Assembly: GCA_041739675.1 (NCBI GenBank)
Contig: JBGSNL010000005.1
Span: 1-40,895 of the forward strand
Length of the DNA: 40,895 nt
Direction: 5' to 3'
Source of the DNA: a bacterium
Lineage (GTDB): Bacteria; UBA10199; 2-02-FULL-44-16; DYJF01
The notes beneath the pieces are model-generated. The model did no database searches. It had not been told where the DNA came from and was given only the letters and a program-made list of their open reading frames with translations. Both the position numbers and the translations under genes were made by a program. The first letter of the stretch is position 1. Each line of letters begins with the position of its first letter. Shown here in pieces: positions 38,264-40,895 of the stretch.

Positions 38264-39552
38264 TATGGCGTGAGGCGGTTGAGTAACCTCGGGAACGGAA
38301 TCGTTTCACGAATATGCCTTATCCCTGAAATCCAGCCGGTGATTCTCTCCAAGCCATAGCCGAACCCCGAATGGGGAACGCTTCCGTATTTGCGAAGATC
38401 GAGATACCATTCGAATGCCGACATCGGAAGATTATTTTCCTTGATGCGCGTTACCAGCGTGTCGTAATCGTCTTCGCGTTGCGAACCTCCGATTATCTCC
38501 CCGTACCCCTCAGGGGCGAGCAAATCGGCGCAAAGCGCCAGCTCGGGATTTTTGGGATCGCGCTTCATGTAAAACGCCTTCACCTTTGCGGGATATTTTT
38601 CTATGAAGATGGGTTTTTCCAATTTCTCCGTGAGCATCGTTTCGTCGTCTCCGCCCAGATCGTCGTCGGAAGAAATGTCGCTTCCCAGCTCGTGGAGTTT
38701 GGCAACGGCCTCTGCGTGCGTCATTCTCAAAAATGGAGGTTTTATTTTTTCAAGAGGCCCAATATCACGTTCGAGGATTTTCAGCTCCTCCTGGTTTTTT
38801 TCAAGGCAGCGCGAAACGATGTGGGAGATGAGCTGTTCCTGAATCTCCAGATTTCCTTTGTGCTCTACGAACGCCATCTCCGCGTCCATCATCCAGAATT
38901 CTGTAAGATGTCTTCTTGTCTTGCTCTTCTCTGCGCGGAACGTCGGGCCGAAATCGAAGACGCGCCCGTGCGACATGATGGCAGCCTCCAGATAAAGTTG
39001 GCCCGATTGCGAGAGGTAGGCCTTTCCCAGATCGAAATAATCCAGTTCGAATAGATTCGACGTCCCTTCGCAGGCCGCGGGCGTTAAGATAGGAGAGTCG
39101 ATCTTGATGAAATTGTTTTTTTCCATCCACTCATAGGTGGCGTTGATCGCGATGTTGCGGACGCGCTGGATCGCCCACTGCTTGCGCGAGCGCAGCCACA
39201 GATGGCGCTGATCGAGCAGAAAATCCGGACCGTGTTCTTTTTTGCCTATGGGATATTCGCCCGCGATCTGAACTATCTCCAAACCCTTGAGTTGAATTTC
39301 GTAGGTTTCATGGCGCGGATGTTTTGAAACGGTTCCGGAAACGATAACCGATGTTTCAAGTGTGATGCGCTTTGCGTCCTCCCAGACTTTTTCTGAAACT
39401 TCAGGCTGGGAGACGATCGCCTGGACAAAACCGCTGCCGTCGCGAATCTGCAGAAAGGCGATCTTTCCCGACGAGCGGAAGTTATAGACCCAGCCTTTTA
39501 CCTTAACTTCTTTACCCTGATGTCTTGCGATGTCTGATACGAAGATTTCCAT
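38263..39552 (-). CDS. asnS: Asparagine--tRNA ligase
   Basis: OB-fold GW...R..GK..F...RDGSG, YLSQSGQLY, FRAEKSKTRRHLTEFWM, IIGGSQRE, GFGYGLER. Confidence 0.96.
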   Translation of the reverse strand: MEIFVSDIARHQGKEVKVKGWVYNFRSSGKIAFLQIRDGSGFVQAIVSQPEVSEKVWEDAKRITLETSVIVSGTVSKHPRHETYEIQLKGLEIVQIAGEYPIGKKEHGPDFLLDQRHLWLRSRKQWAIQRVRNIAINATYEWMEKNNFIKIDSPILTPAACEGTSNLFELDYFDLGKAYLSQSGQLYLEAAIMSHGRVFDFGPTFRAEKSKTRRHLTEFWMMDAEMAFVEHKGNLEIQEQLISHIVSRCLEKNQEELKILERDIGPLEKIKPPFLRMTHAEAVAKLHELGSDISSDDDLGGDDETMLTEKLEKPIFIEKYPAKVKAFYMKRDPKNPELALCADLLAPEGYGEIIGGSQREDDYDTLVTRIKENNLPMSAFEWYLDLRKYGSVPHSGFGYGLERITGWISGIRHIRETIPFPRLLNRLTP

Positions 39553-39553
39553 T

Positions 39554-40420
39554 TCAGTAAATTATCTCCTTCATGAATTTGCCCAGCTCCGCCGGAAATT
39601 CGCGGTAGCCGTAAAATATATTGGCCTTGAGAAAGCCCAGCCTGTCGCCTATATCGAACTGCTGCCCCTCATATTCATAGGCGTACATCCGGCCCGATTT
39701 TGCCAAAGTGTCCATTGCGTCGGCAAGCTGGATTTCGCCGCCCCGGCCGGGTTTCGTCTCTTCGAGTATCGAAAAAACGTCTGCGGTGAAGAGATACCTG
39801 CCGACAACCGAAAAATCGGAAGGGGCCTCTTCTGGAGACGGTTTTTCGATAACGCGCCTCGCTTTGTGCAGGCGCCCCTCTGAAGACGCGATGTCATAAA
39901 CGCCGTAAAGATGGATCTTGTCCCTCGGCGTGTGTTCGGTCGCATTGACCGCACAGCCGGTCTTTTCATAAGCGGAGATGAGCTGACGAATACAGGGAGT
40001 CCTGCTCTCGATCAAGACGTCGGGAAGACAAACCACAAAGGGCTCGTCGCCGATCTTCTCTTTTGCGCAGAGAATTGCGTGGCCCAATCCCAACGGTTTT
40101 TCCTGAACGACCGTCGTGAGAGAAATCTTATCGGTGAGTCTTCTGTGAAAATCATGCAGGAGAGTTTCTTTTTTCTGCGATGCCAGCGCTTTATCGTAGG
40201 GCGTGTTCCTTTTGAAATAATCCTCTATTTCGTGCTTGTGCGGTGAAGTGACTAAAATAATCTCTGTAATGTCGGCTGCTTGAGCCTCTTCTATCACCAA
40301 CTGCAGCGACGGTTTTGTGCCTATCGGCAAGAGCTCTTTTGCAACCGTTCTGGTGACGGGAAGAAACCTGGTTCCCAGGCCTGCCACGGGGATAACGGCT
40401 TTTCGAACCGGTGCGCTCAT
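39554..40420 (-). CDS. galU: UTP--glucose-1-phosphate uridylyltransferase
   Basis: KAVIPVAGLGTRFLP.T....KELLP, Q..PLGLGHA, IEKP, GEIQL.DA. Confidence 0.93.
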   Translation of the reverse strand: MSAPVRKAVIPVAGLGTRFLPVTRTVAKELLPIGTKPSLQLVIEEAQAADITEIILVTSPHKHEIEDYFKRNTPYDKALASQKKETLLHDFHRRLTDKISLTTVVQEKPLGLGHAILCAKEKIGDEPFVVCLPDVLIESRTPCIRQLISAYEKTGCAVNATEHTPRDKIHLYGVYDIASSEGRLHKARRVIEKPSPEEAPSDFSVVGRYLFTADVFSILEETKPGRGGEIQLADAMDTLAKSGRMYAYEYEGQQFDIGDRLGFLKANIFYGYREFPAELGKFMKEIIY

Positions 40421-40459
40421 CTTTTTACCTTATATTCTCGGCATATCGCTGTAAAGGGG

Positions 40460-40894
40460 TTAGATGTTGCCTCCGACGTGGACCGCTTCCTCTTCGATCG
40501 TTTCTTCGGGCTCCTCAGGTGTCGGTTCGAAAAGATGCGTCGAGACGCGGGAAAGCGAAAGTGCCCCAACTATGACCTTCAGAGAATAGTTGGCGAACAT
40601 CCAGAGAAGCGTCGCGGTGAAAAGCATCTCCTGAGGTGTGACAAGGCCTGCCGCGAAGATCGGTCCGGAGACGTAGCGGTAGAGAAGCTCCACCATCGCT
40701 ACGTTCGTCGTTCCGAGCCCGCCGGGCGTGATAGGAAGAGTTCCCAGGAAAAAGCAGAGCGGTATATTTCCAAGTATCTTCGTGAACGGGACGGTGACGC
40801 CGAACGTCTTGAGCACGATATACATGGAAATGATAATCGTGAAATGAATCGGGATGCGCATTATCGCGACCTTCAGATAATAGAATGCCGAGGC
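40460..40894 (-). CDS. Partial CDS: lysylphosphatidylglycerol-synthase-TM / flippase-like membrane protein
   Basis: Frame open to the window end; LPITPGGLG motif, hydrophobic helices. Confidence 0.7.
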   Translation of the reverse strand, partial: ASAFYYLKVAIMRIPIHFTIIISMYIVLKTFGVTVPFTKILGNIPLCFFLGTLPITPGGLGTTNVAMVELLYRYVSGPIFAAGLVTPQEMLFTATLLWMFANYSLKVIVGALSLSRVSTHLFEPTPEEPEETIEEEAVHVGGNI

Positions 40895-40895
40895 C

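Overview
Bacterial chromosomal window of moderate GC. The gene content (PBP1B with a TPR lipoprotein, SurA-like/DsbA protein, S8 protease with a Cys-TM-Arg sorting tail, OprO/P-type porin) suggests a diderm, possibly Deltaproteobacteria/Myxococcota-like organism; this is an inference. Most of it is housekeeping: mrcB, serS, glnA-glnB, rpe-fmt-def-priA, elbB-rlmH-polX-nth-ferredoxin, an rluA-family gene, a CDF transporter, asnS, galU and three tRNAs (Ser-TGA, Ser-GCT, Pro-CGG). Two accessory patches interrupt it. (1) About 8.87-10.23 kb: a YjhP-like methyltransferase and a small GIY-YIG nuclease, each preceded by the same 27-bp sequence, just upstream of tRNA-Ser(GCT). (2) About 33.2-36.6 kb: two divergent, roughly half-identical four-helix-bundle genes whose 83-bp spacer is mostly a perfect 24-bp inverted repeat extending into both Shine-Dalgarno sites. 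They are bordered by short tandem repeats and followed by an AT-rich ComEC-like MBL hydrolase and a DUF2971-like gene, each followed by a shared ~55-bp repeat. Patch 2 is the best candidate for an undescribed system. Other notable points: glnB and mrcB start 2-4 nt after tRNA 3' ends with no room for an SD; a GT2-YdjC fusion plus an ArnT-like transferase; a doubly degenerate HATPase-GGDEF protein; a sensor with no output domain; an attenuator-like porin leader. All calls come from motif recognition by eye; no searches were run.
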